Source of the DNA: Podarcis gaigeae
Lineage: Eukaryota
Strand: one strand, 5' to 3'
NCBI GenBank assembly: GCA_964106915.2
Contig: OZ066915.1
DNA length: 64,000 bases
Of this stretch, positions 35,125-47,242 are shown in pieces. Under the pieces are notes generated by a model. The model was given only the letters and a program-made list of their open reading frames with translations. It ran no database searches and was not told where the DNA came from. Made by a program: the position numbers and the translations under genes. Each line of letters opens with the position of its first letter. Position 1 is the first letter of the stretch.

Positions 35125-35451
35125 CCATATTGGGGAGTCAAACTTGTAACCTTGGTATTATCAGCATCACATCTGTACTTTTTTTTGGCAGAATTTGATG
35201 GAGTTTTCAGGCATCCAAGGTAGTGAATAACTGCCGTGGTTTTCCTGTGAGGATGGTGTTTACAGTTTTGAGGTTAGTTAAAAAAAGGAGTAATCGGTTC
35301 TCCTTTTTTGTTATGAGGAAAACTAGTCTGAAAACAGCAGACATGAAAAAGGTACCCTAGATAAGAAACCTGCTAACTTTTCAGGTCTAGGGAGAACCTT
35401 TAAATGTCAATTGGAAGGGTGGGATTCACTAATAATAGTAGTAGTGATGTT

Positions 35452-35746
35452 ATTATTATTAATAATAATAATGGTAATTTATCAGTTCCACCCCGCCCAT
35501 CTGGCTGGGTTTCCCCAGCCACTCTGGGTGACTCCCAACCGAATATTAAAAACACAATACAGTGTACAGCTTCCCTAAACAGGGTTTGCCTTCAGATGTC
35601 TTCTAAAAGTCAGATAGTTGTTTCTTTCCTTGATAGGAGGGTGTTCCACAGGGCAGACACCCCTACCAAGAAGGCCCTCTGCCTGATTCCCTGTAACCTC
35701 ACTTCTCGCAGGGAGGGATCTGCCAGAAGGCCCTCGGCGCTGGACC
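35452..35746 (-). mobile_element. L2 LINE 3' fragment
   Basis: Homologous to 16621-16920. Confidence 0.85.
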
Positions 35747-35845
35747 TTCTTGCTGTGTGACTTTGTTTGTGGGCACAGTTTCTGTGGCATTAGCTAGGTG
35801 CCCCAGGTGCTACTGCACACCAAGAAATGTTATGATTTTATGAGA

Positions 35846-36104
35846 ACTGGTGGGGACATTGGAAACATGCTGTACTTCCCCTCATCGAAATCCTCCCCAG
35901 TTGTTCTTAGTGGGGTGGGAGTAGGAAGAGACTTGAAAGTGAGAGCTCTTCTCTATGCAGCTATTTCTGACTGACTGGTGGGGACATTGGAAATATCTTG
36001 TACTTCCCCTCATTGAAATCCTCCACAGTTGTTCTTAGTGGGATGGGAGTAGGAAGAGACTTGAAAGGGAGAGCTCTTCTCTGTGCAGCTATTCCTGACT
36101 GACT
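35846..36104. repeat. 128-bp tandem duplication (about 93% identity)
   Basis: Units start at 35846 and 35974; 9 mismatches counted. Confidence 0.95.
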
Positions 36105-36898
36105 TCTGTGCCTCGGGGAAACTGGTGCTGTCTGCACAGGTGTGTTCTAAGGCTGCCACTGGTGCAGTGCCCAGAAACCTTCCCCTTGCTCAGTTGTTTC
36201 CTGCAGTAAAAGCTCAAAAAGACCCTGAATGATGCTCTGCTGCTTGCTTCCACTCCTTGTATTGCCAGCCTCAGAGTGTGAGTGAACCTACCTCTGTTGA
36301 CTATCAATCTAACATGGCTTCATTGTAGGTGGACAGTGGACACCCTGGTAAAAAAATTATTTTGAAATGGCCCAGAGAATAAGTAAACAGCACCAGAAGC
36401 CCAAAGCTTTCTATGTGCAATTTTCAAAGGAGAGACAGAGAGAGAGATGTGTTTATCCTTTACTATACAAGGTTCTCTGCAAAGCCTTTCCTCCTGCCTA
36501 CCAGCCACCGACACCGATGTATCAAAATATACATCAACAAGCATTGACTAAACATAACTGGTAGAGTACTAGCAAGTAACAGTTGTGATATTGGAGAACT
36601 GTAAGACATTTGTCTTGTGGGTCTTCAACATTCACTCCAAGGCTGCCTTAGATGGGCAGACTTCATGGCACCCATGACAACCATAGGGCCCTCTCATTTG
36701 TTACTGGCCCAATGCGTAGAATCCTCTATTTTGTCTTTGCCTCAAGGTGTGGGAGAAAGGATCTGCATATAGTGCGAGCTGAAATAAGTCTGCTGTCAGG
36801 GTTAGACCATTTCCTGTTGAGGTTTTGTCACATGTTGGCAGCTACTCCTTGCAGAAATGGGATAACCATCCACATCAAAGATTCATGGGATCCAATAG

Positions 36899-36900
<2 letters not shown>

Positions 36901-36955
<55 letters not shown>
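36901..36955. repeat. (TC)n(CA)n compound microsatellite
   Basis: Direct reading. Confidence 0.97.
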
Positions 36956-37162
36956 AACTACACCTGCCATTCACAATGAGAGGAAACACACTTGCTATTT
37001 ATTTTGTAAAACCAACTGTAAAAGGGTGAGCTATGTGGCGTGTCTAGTTTGGCTCTAATTTATTTTAGAAAGGCAAGATTAGTAGTAAATTTCACCCTAA
37101 TCCATAAACAAGCCCAAGCTAGCCTGTTTTTCTCCTTGTCCTTACCCAATAGAGTCAAGTTG

Positions 37163-37316
37163 CAATCCTAGAATCCTAGAATCATAGAGTTGGAAGAGAC
37201 CACAAGGGCCATCGGGTCCAACCCCCTGCCAAGCAGGAAACACCATCAGAGCACTCCTGACATATGGTTGTCAAGCCTCTGCTTAAAGATCTCCAAAGAA
37301 GGAGACTCCACCACCC
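37163..37316 (-). mobile_element. CR1 3' end with octamer tail repeats
   Basis: aatcctag-aatcctag-aatcatag, then agttggaagagaccacaagggccatc. Confidence 0.8.
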
Positions 37317-39475
37317 TGGCTTCTTCCTAACCATATGCTTACTAGAAACTTCGTCCCACTGAACTCATTACAACTTCCTGCTGTGTATACAGTACAGGTT
37401 TAGGACTGGCCTATCCAGCCCTGAGAACCTGTTGTGAGTTGATAGGGGAAAAGCAGCCCAAGGCTTTGCCAAACACTTGAGCTGACTAACAACTGTAGGT
37501 GAAAATGTGGATACGTGCGACGGAACGCGTGCAGAACTCCCTAGTTGCAGTGAACTTTTCCATCACAACTAGGTTCTAGTGAAGCATCCCACATATAAAG
37601 AGCAGCTAGAAGAGGTAGCTTTGTGTCCTGCATCCAATTCAAAATTTCCTATTAAGAAAAATGGCCACATTTCAGTTGGCTAGCACCATCACGGAGGAAT
37701 TAATGGGCTGCGCTTGTACTGTACAACAGCTCCTTTTCTTTCTTCCTCCTCTTTTGGCTTCGTTGCAGAGGCAGCCATCCACAGGAGACCACGATAATGA
37801 ACCCCATTCTCTGAACTGTTTTGACATCTCTAATTGCACTGCAAGGCACTTTTGACATGCGTGGAAGTAAACAAACCATAAAAGGCGGTATAGAATCCGT
37901 TGAACATTAAAGGATCCGGGCAAAGGACAGAACGGGGAGGCAACTCTGAGCAGATATGACAACAGCAGATTTCAGTTGGATTTCAGGTCAAATTGGTTTC
38001 AGTCTGGAATAGCTGCCTAGCATTCATTTGCTGTAGATTTCCACCCATGTAGCAAAGACTACAATGCTGCTACAGTCAGTTTAGTTTTGCCCTTGGTAGC
38101 AGCTGACACTAATCTCCAAATAATATTCTCCAGCTTGAGGCGGTACTGCTAACCGATCTTCCCTTAAATATCAAGCTCTCCTAAGCATGCCTACTTCTCC
38201 AGAAAATGAATTCATGCAGATATATTTAGGTTATGCATCAGGAAAGAGCACTCACTCTGGATTAGCAAACTGACATCATAATTTCATGTTCATAGCTAAA
38301 CAAATCCTGCAATGATTTAAACAGCTGGATTCATAAGCTCAAATGTTGAAACACTCAGCTCAATCAGCCTGCCTTGCTGTTATCTAGCAGTTTCCAGGTC
38401 TGGGTCTCATCTGGCAGATGGCCGATTACATTTCAGAAGACTGCACAAAACATTTTTTCAGCAGAAGCTCAAAAGGTACCAGGTTTTTCCTTGAGCATAT
38501 CCCAAAATACTAATTTCTTAATCGGGTTGTAAATATTTTTATCATTTCAGGCTTCTTTTAAAACATAAACAATGATGTGTTCATTACTCACAGAACAGAA
38601 CAGGTACAGCAATTTGTGGGAGACAAATCTAACAGTCAACTTGTTTCCTCTCTTAAACCAATACAAGAAAAGTAATAGATGCACACCCAGATGGTAAGCC
38701 TGTTCTCATTCATGATAAAATTGCTTGCATTAACCTGGCTTAGCGAGGTTGTTAAAGGACTATAACATTATATATACTGTATATTGTAAAATGCCTGTGA
38801 ATGCTTGCATTCCTGCGCTAAGGAGTATTTATGGATCAAAAGAGCAGTTAAGGCTCAAAGTACACATGGCAGCAATAGATTCATGTGTTTAAAACATGGA
38901 TTTGCCCCAATCACAGAGTTTATATGGGGAGAGGAAGAAAGGGGGCATGTTTGCAGGGCCCTTCTACAGCTGTGGTTAAATTGCCCCAAAATGAGGAGGG
39001 GAATCAGAGTAAAAGGGGTCTGTACATGATCTGCTGCCATCACATGTAGTTTAATACTTAGACTATGGCCACTAATGCGGCCAGTGTGGTGTCATGGCTA
39101 CAGTTTCAGCCATGAAGCTCACATGTGGCGCCTGCCTCTGTCTGTAGTTTGGCTAGAAATTTGGGTGAATGTTGAGGACAAAACCACCTTTCTGCTATGG
39201 AGAGCTGCTGCCTGTTGACAATGCACTAAAATGGAAACAAGGCTCAATTTGGCAGGATCATTTCTGTTCATAACCATCTACATTCATAACCGTTGCAGTT
39301 ATATTCACCATTTTCAGTTGATTATAGTATACTACCAGGCAATGCTACTAGCAATAAATAGCTAAGATTAAAGTGAATGCTTTTTTAGCCAGTGAAACTT
39401 GTGTTTCAGCCCATTTCCCAAAGAGCTAGAGAGAATGTTGGCAGGTCTGTTTATATTGATAGAAGAGTTTGGATT

Positions 39476-39596
39476 TGAGATCCCGCTTTATCACTACCCG
39501 AAGGAGTCTCAAAGCAGCTGCATGTGGAGGAGCGGAGACGCGAACCCGGTTCCCCAGATTATGAATCTATCTCTCTTAACCACTACACCACACTGG
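39476..39596 (-). mobile_element. tRNA-derived SINE remnant
   Basis: Minus-strand A-box (ccagtgtggtgtagtggttaagag) and B-box (gggttcgcgtctcc). Confidence 0.65.
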
Positions 39597-40759
39597 AAGG
39601 GTTTTTGATCATCATGGGGAGAAGTCAGACAAGCAAGTTCATATCCAACAGAAGCTGACTGTAGCTATCACCATGCCTGAGAGATCAAGTGGAACTTTTG
39701 TCTAAGCTGGTCCAGCACACTCCATGAACTCCACAGTCCACAATCCTTAGTGCACATCTGTGCTCATAAGAACCTTGTGCTTAGAGCAGTAGCATTTTTC
39801 AGGCAGCTCCTGGCCAGCTGCATGAGCTCAAGATACCTGTGGATGTCACATGTCAATCAGCTTTGGGCACTTCACTGAAAAGGGCACTCTCTCTGTACAT
39901 GGTGTGTTGGGGCAGACAAACCGTTCCACTCCATGCCCTGCACTCAGTGATGGCAAAAGCCACCACAAATCGTTCAGCTGATGTCATCCACAGCGTCTTC
40001 TACACAGCAAGCTCCACACAGCTGCTGCAAACCCTTTGTAAACTGCAAATAAAAATCTGATTGACAGATCAACTGCAGTCCTGGGGGTTGCATAATGAAG
40101 GAAAAGAAATGCCGGGTTTTTAGGAAGGTTTCCCCCCACCCTCCTCCTTGAGTATTTGCTCACATGTGGCAATCTCCACAGAAGTATTTTAAGAGAGGAC
40201 ACTTGAACAAGGACAGCATGTAAGGATTGGCACAGAAGGAACTTTGGAGAGGGAAATGGGTATTACGTATCCAAGTTTTCCCCAAGGTATCTTTGCTCAA
40301 GGCACATGAGGTCACGATTTTGCTGAAGCTAAGGAGGTCTGGTCTGCCCAATGTCCAGATGAGAGAAGGTACCTGCAAACCCCACCTTAGAATCACTGAA
40401 TTGCAGAGTTGGAAGAGACATCAAGGGCCATCTTTGCTTGACTGAATCAGGACATTATTGAGTAGGCTTGGTCATTTTGGTAATGGGTACAACATGATGC
40501 ACAGGTAACCAGTACATGCTTGAAATTCATCTAGCATACAAAGCCTACCCAACAGCTTTAGGGTGTCCTCACTAAAACAAGACTTAAACACACACATACC
40601 AAGGTTCAGGTGCTGAGGTCAGGGGAACCATCAATATTCAGAAGAGATCGGGTGAATTTTTTCTCTATAGAATGGCAATCTCTCCAACTATCAAGCACAG
40701 ATAATGAAATAAATACCTAGGGTGGAGTTGCTGGGCAGGGCAGAGACTCAACAGGTTGC

Positions 40760-41650
40760 TGCGATGCCCCCCCCCCGTTGATTTTGCCAGTTGATTCCAG
40801 AAGCAAACTGAGGGGTGGGCTTCATTCGTGTCTCCGTCTCTCTCTCCCGCCCCTCACCCCAGCCCCTTTCAGTCGCCGCGATCTTGAGAGGCGATAAGGG
40901 AGTTGCTGCTCTCGGGCTAAGAGATGCAAATGTCAAAGGGCGCGGCGCTAGCGGACCCACACACCTGGATCTACACCCCAGGAAGGGAAAGACCCGGGGC
41001 GCGGGGAGAAGGGGCTCCTTGGGAAAAGCAGCCCCGGAGAAGGCAGGAAGGAAGTGGAAATGCAGGCGGAGGAAGAGGAAGAGGAAGAGGTCTCCAAAAA
41101 GTTGACCCACCACGAAGCAACGGTCGAAGCCCACCGAGACCCATTTCAACAGGTAGAACAGCAACCCCCTGGATTTGAACTCAGCTCCCAAGAGGACGCT
41201 GGTTTTTGTATTGCCCGAAGTCTTTGCAAACAAAGGAGTCACTGAGAAACTCGAGAGAGGAAGGGAGCGGGGAGGTTTCCGCTCCCAACAGATAGGAAGG
41301 ACCGGCTTAGGCTTCCCAACCCAGCAGACGCCGCGACGCAAACGTACCTTTGCCGCGTCCTCATCTCTCCCCGTCCAGGCATCCAGGACTGGACCGCTGC
41401 CTGAGTCCCGCCGGATCCCCCGGCGCCGCTTACCTGGGGGAGGAGGGCACAGGACCGCCCCTCACCTGCTGGCCCCGCCCACCCAGCACCGGCCCCGCCC
41501 ACCGCCTCACCTGGCCGCGAACCCTGCCCGCTCACGCCCGGGAGTCGTCAGAAGTTGGTGCTTCTGGGAGCAGCTCAGCAATGTCTTCACCTGTGACTCA
41601 TCTCTGAGTAAGCAGGAAAAGGCTCGTGAACTCGAGGGTGGGACATGGGG
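40760..41650 (-). promoter_or_regulatory. CpG island / GC-box promoter, probably firing on the minus strand
   Basis: High CpG density, two GGCCCCGCCC Sp1-type boxes (41471, 41491), several minus-strand 5' splice sites (GT at 41347, 41433, 41465, 41510). Confidence 0.7.
41348..41382 (-). CDS. Second candidate ATG-bearing first exon of the hyaluronidase (MPGRGEMRTRQ+AG, phase 2)
   Basis: ATG CCT GGA CGG GGA GAG ATG AGG ACG CGG CAA AG|GTACGT inside a CpG island; phase 2 fits the 19725 acceptor. Confidence 0.45.
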
Positions 41651-41982
41651 AAAGGGAGGGAGGCAGTCACAGAAGAAGATCAAGGGGAAAATAAGGTGGC
41701 AACTGCAGGTGCCTCAATGGCTTTTGCCCGGGGTGGTTGCTTCCTAAAATAAATGAGGCTGCCTGCCAGGAAAGTTGTGCACTGCAAGCTTCAAAACTGA
41801 ATTTAAGAAACTGCTCCATAGCCAACTAACCAGGAATCAGCGCTGACACTACAACCATGACACATGGATGCAGAAGCAGCCCACGGTGTTGTGACAATCT
41901 GGGTATCCTGACACACACCACCATGACTCATTGCATGGTACGGGTCTGGGAAACAGTTCAGCCCCACCAGGGGAATTGGGCA

Positions 41983-42042
41983 GGGGGCAACACTCACCTT
42001 TTGCTTCTCTGGGGGCAACACTCACCTTTTGCTTCTCAGGGG
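41983..42042. repeat. 28-bp tandem duplication
   Basis: gggggcaacactcaccttttgcttctc(t/a) x2. Confidence 0.95.
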
Positions 42043-42753
42043 TAAAAGAGATGGAGTCCCTGAGATTTGGGCCCACACTGCAGACACCACCAAACTGCTT
42101 ACTGGCCACTCAGCCACAAGAACCGCCATAGGGCATTTGGCACCCTCCTAAGACACCAGGAGAACAGAAGAGGCAGGGGGAATTCTAGCTTGATGGAGCA
42201 GCCTGTGTTTTACCTGAATCCAGGGAACAACCCCATACTAGAAAATGGGGTAGGGGCCGCGCACACCCAGGCTCACCTGAACCAATGTGAAATATCAGAA
42301 AGAACATGAATGAAAGCAGTTGTTGAATCATAGCTCAGTGACAGAGTGTAAGCTTTTCATTCACAAGGTCCTAGGTTCAACTCATAGCACATCCAATGAA
42401 GAGAAGCAGCACTGGGAAAGATTCCCTTCCTGAGCCCCCAGGAAGCAAACACCAGTTACAGTAGAGGGACAGTACTGGGTTAATATTAGAGCAGTTCAAA
42501 GGCTCCTGCAAGGACTTTTGTTTCAGCTGCTCAAAATGAAAAGTATCAATGGTCTTGACTTGAGAGTCCTAAATATTGTGATTCTGCAGCGCCACCTGCT
42601 GACTTGTCATGTCACAGCCCTTTATAAATTATGGAACATTTCGTTATACTGTAATTTTATATCGGGGTCAGTTTCTTTTGACAGGATTCTCTGAAGACAG
42701 TTGCCCTTTTTTCAGGACAGTCATCTTACGGTAAATGTGAACTTTGGCATGCA

Positions 42754-43104
42754 GGGATGCGGGTGGCACTGTGGGTTGAACCACAAAGCCTAGGGCTTGC
42801 CGATCAGAAGGTCGACAGTTCGAATCCCCGCAACGGGGTGAGCTCCTGTTGCTCGGTCCCAGCTCCTGTTAACCTAGCAGTTCAAAAACATGAAGTGCAA
42901 GTAGATAAATAGGTACTGCTCCGGCGGGAAGGTAAACGCGTTTCTGTGCGCTGCTCTAGTTCACCAGAAGCGGCTTAGTCATGCTGGCCACATGACCCGG
43001 AAGCTGTACGCCGGCTCCCTTGGCCAGTAAAGCGAGATGAGCGTGCAACCCCAGAGTCGTCCACGACTGGACCTAATGGTCAGGGGTCCCTTTACCTTTA
43101 CCTT
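42754..43104 (+). mobile_element. Sauria SINE, full length
   Basis: GGGATGCGGGTGGCACTGTGG head, GTTCGAATCC B-box, (ACCTTT)n tail. Confidence 0.92.
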
Positions 43105-44138
43105 GACAGTTTCCAGAAGGGTAGCTACATGTTAGCCTGTGGTAGCAAAAATAACAGCAACAACTAGGTATTGGTGCACCTTAAAGGCTAGCAAATTTAT
43201 TATGGCAGAAGCTTGCACATGCCATAGTCCACATAGTCGGTTTAAGGCTCTTGTGGGCCAGATCATTTTATCAGAAATAAATTGTCGCAAAAACACAATT
43301 TAGGAGCATTGGTTATTTGCTTGGTATAGTTATACTCCATTCTCTCTCACGAAAGCTGTGAGAAGTATTTTATCCTCACAATGGACCTAGTGAGGTGGCT
43401 TATATTGAGTGGTAGTAACTTGCCCAAGCCATCTGCTCTGCCTCAACAGCTGAGCAGAAATTTGAGCCTTAGTCCTCGCCCCCCCCCCATCCACATCTCA
43501 GCACTTCAGCCACTGTGCCACTCTGCTTTAATAAGGCTGTAATGAAACTTAGGCCTCTCTGCATATCAGGAGTGTGGAAACGGAAGCTTAGGAATGTGCT
43601 CTGCCTTTCCCCACTTTACACAGGCTGGCTGCAGGAAACTCTGGTGTAGCCATGGCAACACAATTGCTATGCAAATTATTAAGATTTCCTCAGCCATGAG
43701 TAAAAGGGCAATTATGCTTCTCCATAGTTTACTAAAATGAATAATAATCCTATGTTTTGCAATAAAACATTTCTTTTTTCTTTGTAGAGACAAAGAAATA
43801 GACAAAGGCAAAGGAATGCAAGGACAGCGTACCTTGTTATCAGTTTCCCACAAGGGCTGACCACAGGGAGGTTTAGACCTTCAGTTTAGGGAGTTTCTCC
43901 AAAGCGCTTATGCCTCGGGAATTTGGGCAACTCTTCCCTTAAGCACTTAGTATTTGCCTTGCTGAGAATTAATAGACAATTTGGGGAAAATAACTAACAA
44001 GGTGCTTTGTGAAACAGCTTACTTCAGTATTGTTTTATAAGCAATGAGCAGCCATGCCCAGCATTGCTTAGGTATTCTAAGAAACAACAAAATCAGTGCA
44101 GTTTAGAAAGTTTCAGTCCAGTATCTTGATTCACAATA

Positions 44139-44380
44139 CAGTGGTACCTCTGGTTACGTACGTAATTCATTCCGGAGGTCCGTTCTTAACCTGAAACTGT
44201 TCTTAACCTGAAGCACCACTTTAGCTAATGGGGCCTCCTGCTGCCGCTGCGCTGCCGCCATGCGATTTCTGTTCTCATCTTGAAGCAAAGTTCTTAACCT
44301 GAGGTACTATTTCTGGGTTAGCGGAGTCTGTAACCTGAAGCGCATCTAACCTGAAGTGTATGTAACCTGAGGTACCACTG
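44139..44380. mobile_element. Tc1/mariner-superfamily (pogo/Tigger-like) MITE
   Basis: TIR CAGTGGTACCTC(T/A)GGTTAC, TA target duplication at 44137-38 and 44381-82, internal TAACCTGA repeats. Confidence 0.92.
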
Positions 44381-47203
44381 TAGTGTTCAATTGTACCCAA
44401 AATTAGATGAAAACTTGTTTCTTGAGCTCAGGAACTATCACACAGAATCTGGTTATGATATCTTAAGAGGTGTCCAAAGAACAGAAAAATGACTTTCTGA
44501 ATAGTCTTGCTTTCCTTTTCATCCCTCTGATGAAAGGACTGCAGCCAGGTGACTTATAGTCAAAAGACAGCTGTATTTGTTCGGCTGCAGCCCATTGGGA
44601 CTAGTAGGGTGCAAGGCAGAGAAACCAACAGTAGGTGGAGCCAGAGTCATTGAGAGGCAGAGCCAACTAATTCTACCTTTGTCTCGTCATCTTCCTTGCT
44701 GAGTTCTACAAGCACAGGAGGACTGAGATTAAGGAGAATGAGAGAGCACACAGCCAGTGCTACCCCTCCCCCCAAGGATGGGTTTTAAGTAAGAAGACTG
44801 GCAGGTGAGATTGGCAAAGGGCAGACTGAGGTTGCTGGGGCAGTGTCCTGTTCACCTTAAATGTATGTCAAATGACGGAACATGTGTGCCAAATGAAGTG
44901 ATGCCCTTATGTGTGGAAATGGCTTGATGTGTTGGGAAAAGGCTGCAAAAGTCTGCTACTGTGGTTGTTACACTGCAGTTCATTTTTTCTAATATATTTT
45001 GTTGGGGTACAGTATTTGCTCAATGTGCAAGAGAGAGAATAACATTGTCAGTTCTAGTTTTTTTAACAAGAAATTGTATGCGTTACGCATGATGCTTGTG
45101 CTTTTAAGTTTTGTGAACTTTAAAGATATTTTTTATTTTGGCAAAAACTGTGAAGAAAAGAAACAGTAAAATAGAAGAGTGGTTTCTTGATAAATCAAGC
45201 TATCTCAATGACCACTAGGGGCATTTTCATTTATGAAATGAAGCAACAAATTATGGGGGGGGGACACAGATCCTGGGGACCCCCTTTCAGACTGCAAATT
45301 TTGTTCCCAGTTCATCAGCCCTATGTCAAAAATAATACATCTGTAGCTTGAGGCAGCTATGCATAACATCCAGGCTCTCGCGTAAACACAGTTGTTTATT
45401 TTATTTATTTATTTATATTTATATATTTATGTATGTGTGTGTGTTTTATATATCAGATAAGTGACTTGCAGGAACAGCCTCATCAGTGTAATAATATTCC
45501 AAACATTTGCACGTTTCAAATCTGTAATGAAGAGAGAAGCTAACTTCTTACAACATAGTGTTGCAGTCTTCCCCAATGCACCCACATGGTTAATAAGCAC
45601 GACTAACTTAGGGCCACATTTACACCAGACATTTAAAGCAGTATGATACCACTTTGAACAGTCATGGTTGCCCTCAAAGAATTCTGGGAGCTGTAGTTTG
45701 TTCGGAGTGTTGAGAGTTGTTAGGAGACCCCGATTCCCTTCACACAGCTACATTTTCCAGAGCTGCCTAGGAAGAGGGATTGTTGAACCCTTCTGGTTGA
45801 AATGGGGATGGTTTCATCACTACCTTAAAAAAATTATAAACACGTCACTTGTCCCTGGGACAGTAGGGGTTATAAATCAAATAAATGGCTAACTAATATT
45901 CTGAGTCAATTTGAAAGGGCTAATTGGCAGAAGGAAAGAATGGCATCGTGTTCCTTGTAACTGATTGGAGTACAACTAAAATAACATTACAGAGCATCAC
46001 TTAAACCCTGATTGCAAACAACAGTCTTTTTCCCCTGATTATACCTGGGGGCGCTCAGCCACCTCCCAACAAATTTTGAGGAGGGCTGTAGCCCCTTCTT
46101 GCAGCCTTCAACTTCTAAATGTACATCATTGCATGGTAAGAAGCCCAAGGAAGGCCGGCTAAGACATTATGCTGCCTGAGGCAAAAGGCAAGATTCTCTC
46201 CTTATTCCATGTATAGAAGTCGACAAGACTGCAGCTGAATGTTACTCTGGCACAGGTTATGGGCAGCACCTCCATCATACCTGAGTTCAGCAAACTAGCT
46301 GGCACATAACATCCCATTCTGCTCTAAGTTGCTCAGCATCTGCTGCCTGAGATGGCTGTGCCATTTGACCTAAAGATAGGGTCAGCCCTGAATCAATCAA
46401 GATCGTACGTGGGAGAATATGCTAGGCTGGCCAATGTGATGCATTTCTGATTTTATTATTTTATTGGTGCTGTTGCCCAACCAAGGGATAACAGAAAGTT
46501 TTGGGCTCATGCAACCCGGAACAGCCACCTAGTAGTAGTAGCAGTAGCAGAGTGTGAGAGAGCAGGTGCTTCCTTCCCCTTTCTTTTCTCCTCAGTTGTC
46601 ATCTAGGGGTGGAGTGTGGGCAGTTTCTGTCCTCTGTCCATGCTGAAGCAGAAGCAAAGTGGAAGGAGAAAAACAAAATATTTTTGAGAGAAAATGTGGG
46701 TTGGGTGGGTGAAGAGACCAGAAAGGGGTGGGACTCTTCACACTTTTAAAACAGTTTAGGAGTGAGAGGATCACTTGATAAGTGCGCAATCACCGCCGCC
46801 TGAGGAGAAAATGAGAAATCCATGAAGTGCAGGGCCGGCTCTACTATTAGGCAGAGTGAGATGGCAGCAGATGCTGAGGAGCGGAGGAACTGTACGTCAC
46901 ATGATCTGCCCCCAAGTGAGACTGCTGGGCAGCAGAGGATTCTGGCCATTGCCAGCGTTGAAGTAAGATTCATGTGACAGTCTGGTTGGCTTTGATATCT
47001 GAAATGTGGAGGATGCCTTGGGCCAGCCCTGTTGGAAGACTGTGGCAGCTGTCCAGATTCCAGGCCCTCTTCTGAAGAGAAGCAGCTTCTGGTGCTACTA
47101 TGACAGAAAGATGAGGGAGGACAAGGGTGGGAATGGGGTCAGAGTTGTCATCTGTCCTTCCCATCTTTGTTTGACTGTTCTGAACAAGAACACACAAATA
47201 AAA

Positions 47204-47240
<37 letters not shown>
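47204..47240. repeat. (ATT)n microsatellite
   Basis: About 12 units. Confidence 0.95.

Positions 47241-47242
<2 letters not shown>

Noticed and set aside
40748-41747. 190-197-aa ORFs on both strands, including a poly-Glu/poly-Arg stretch
   Set aside because: CpG-island composition and a GAGGAA repeat explain them
42754-42850. tRNA-like A/B boxes here and at 34080, 39540 and 51190
   Set aside because: They are SINE heads, not tRNA genes; no full cloverleaf
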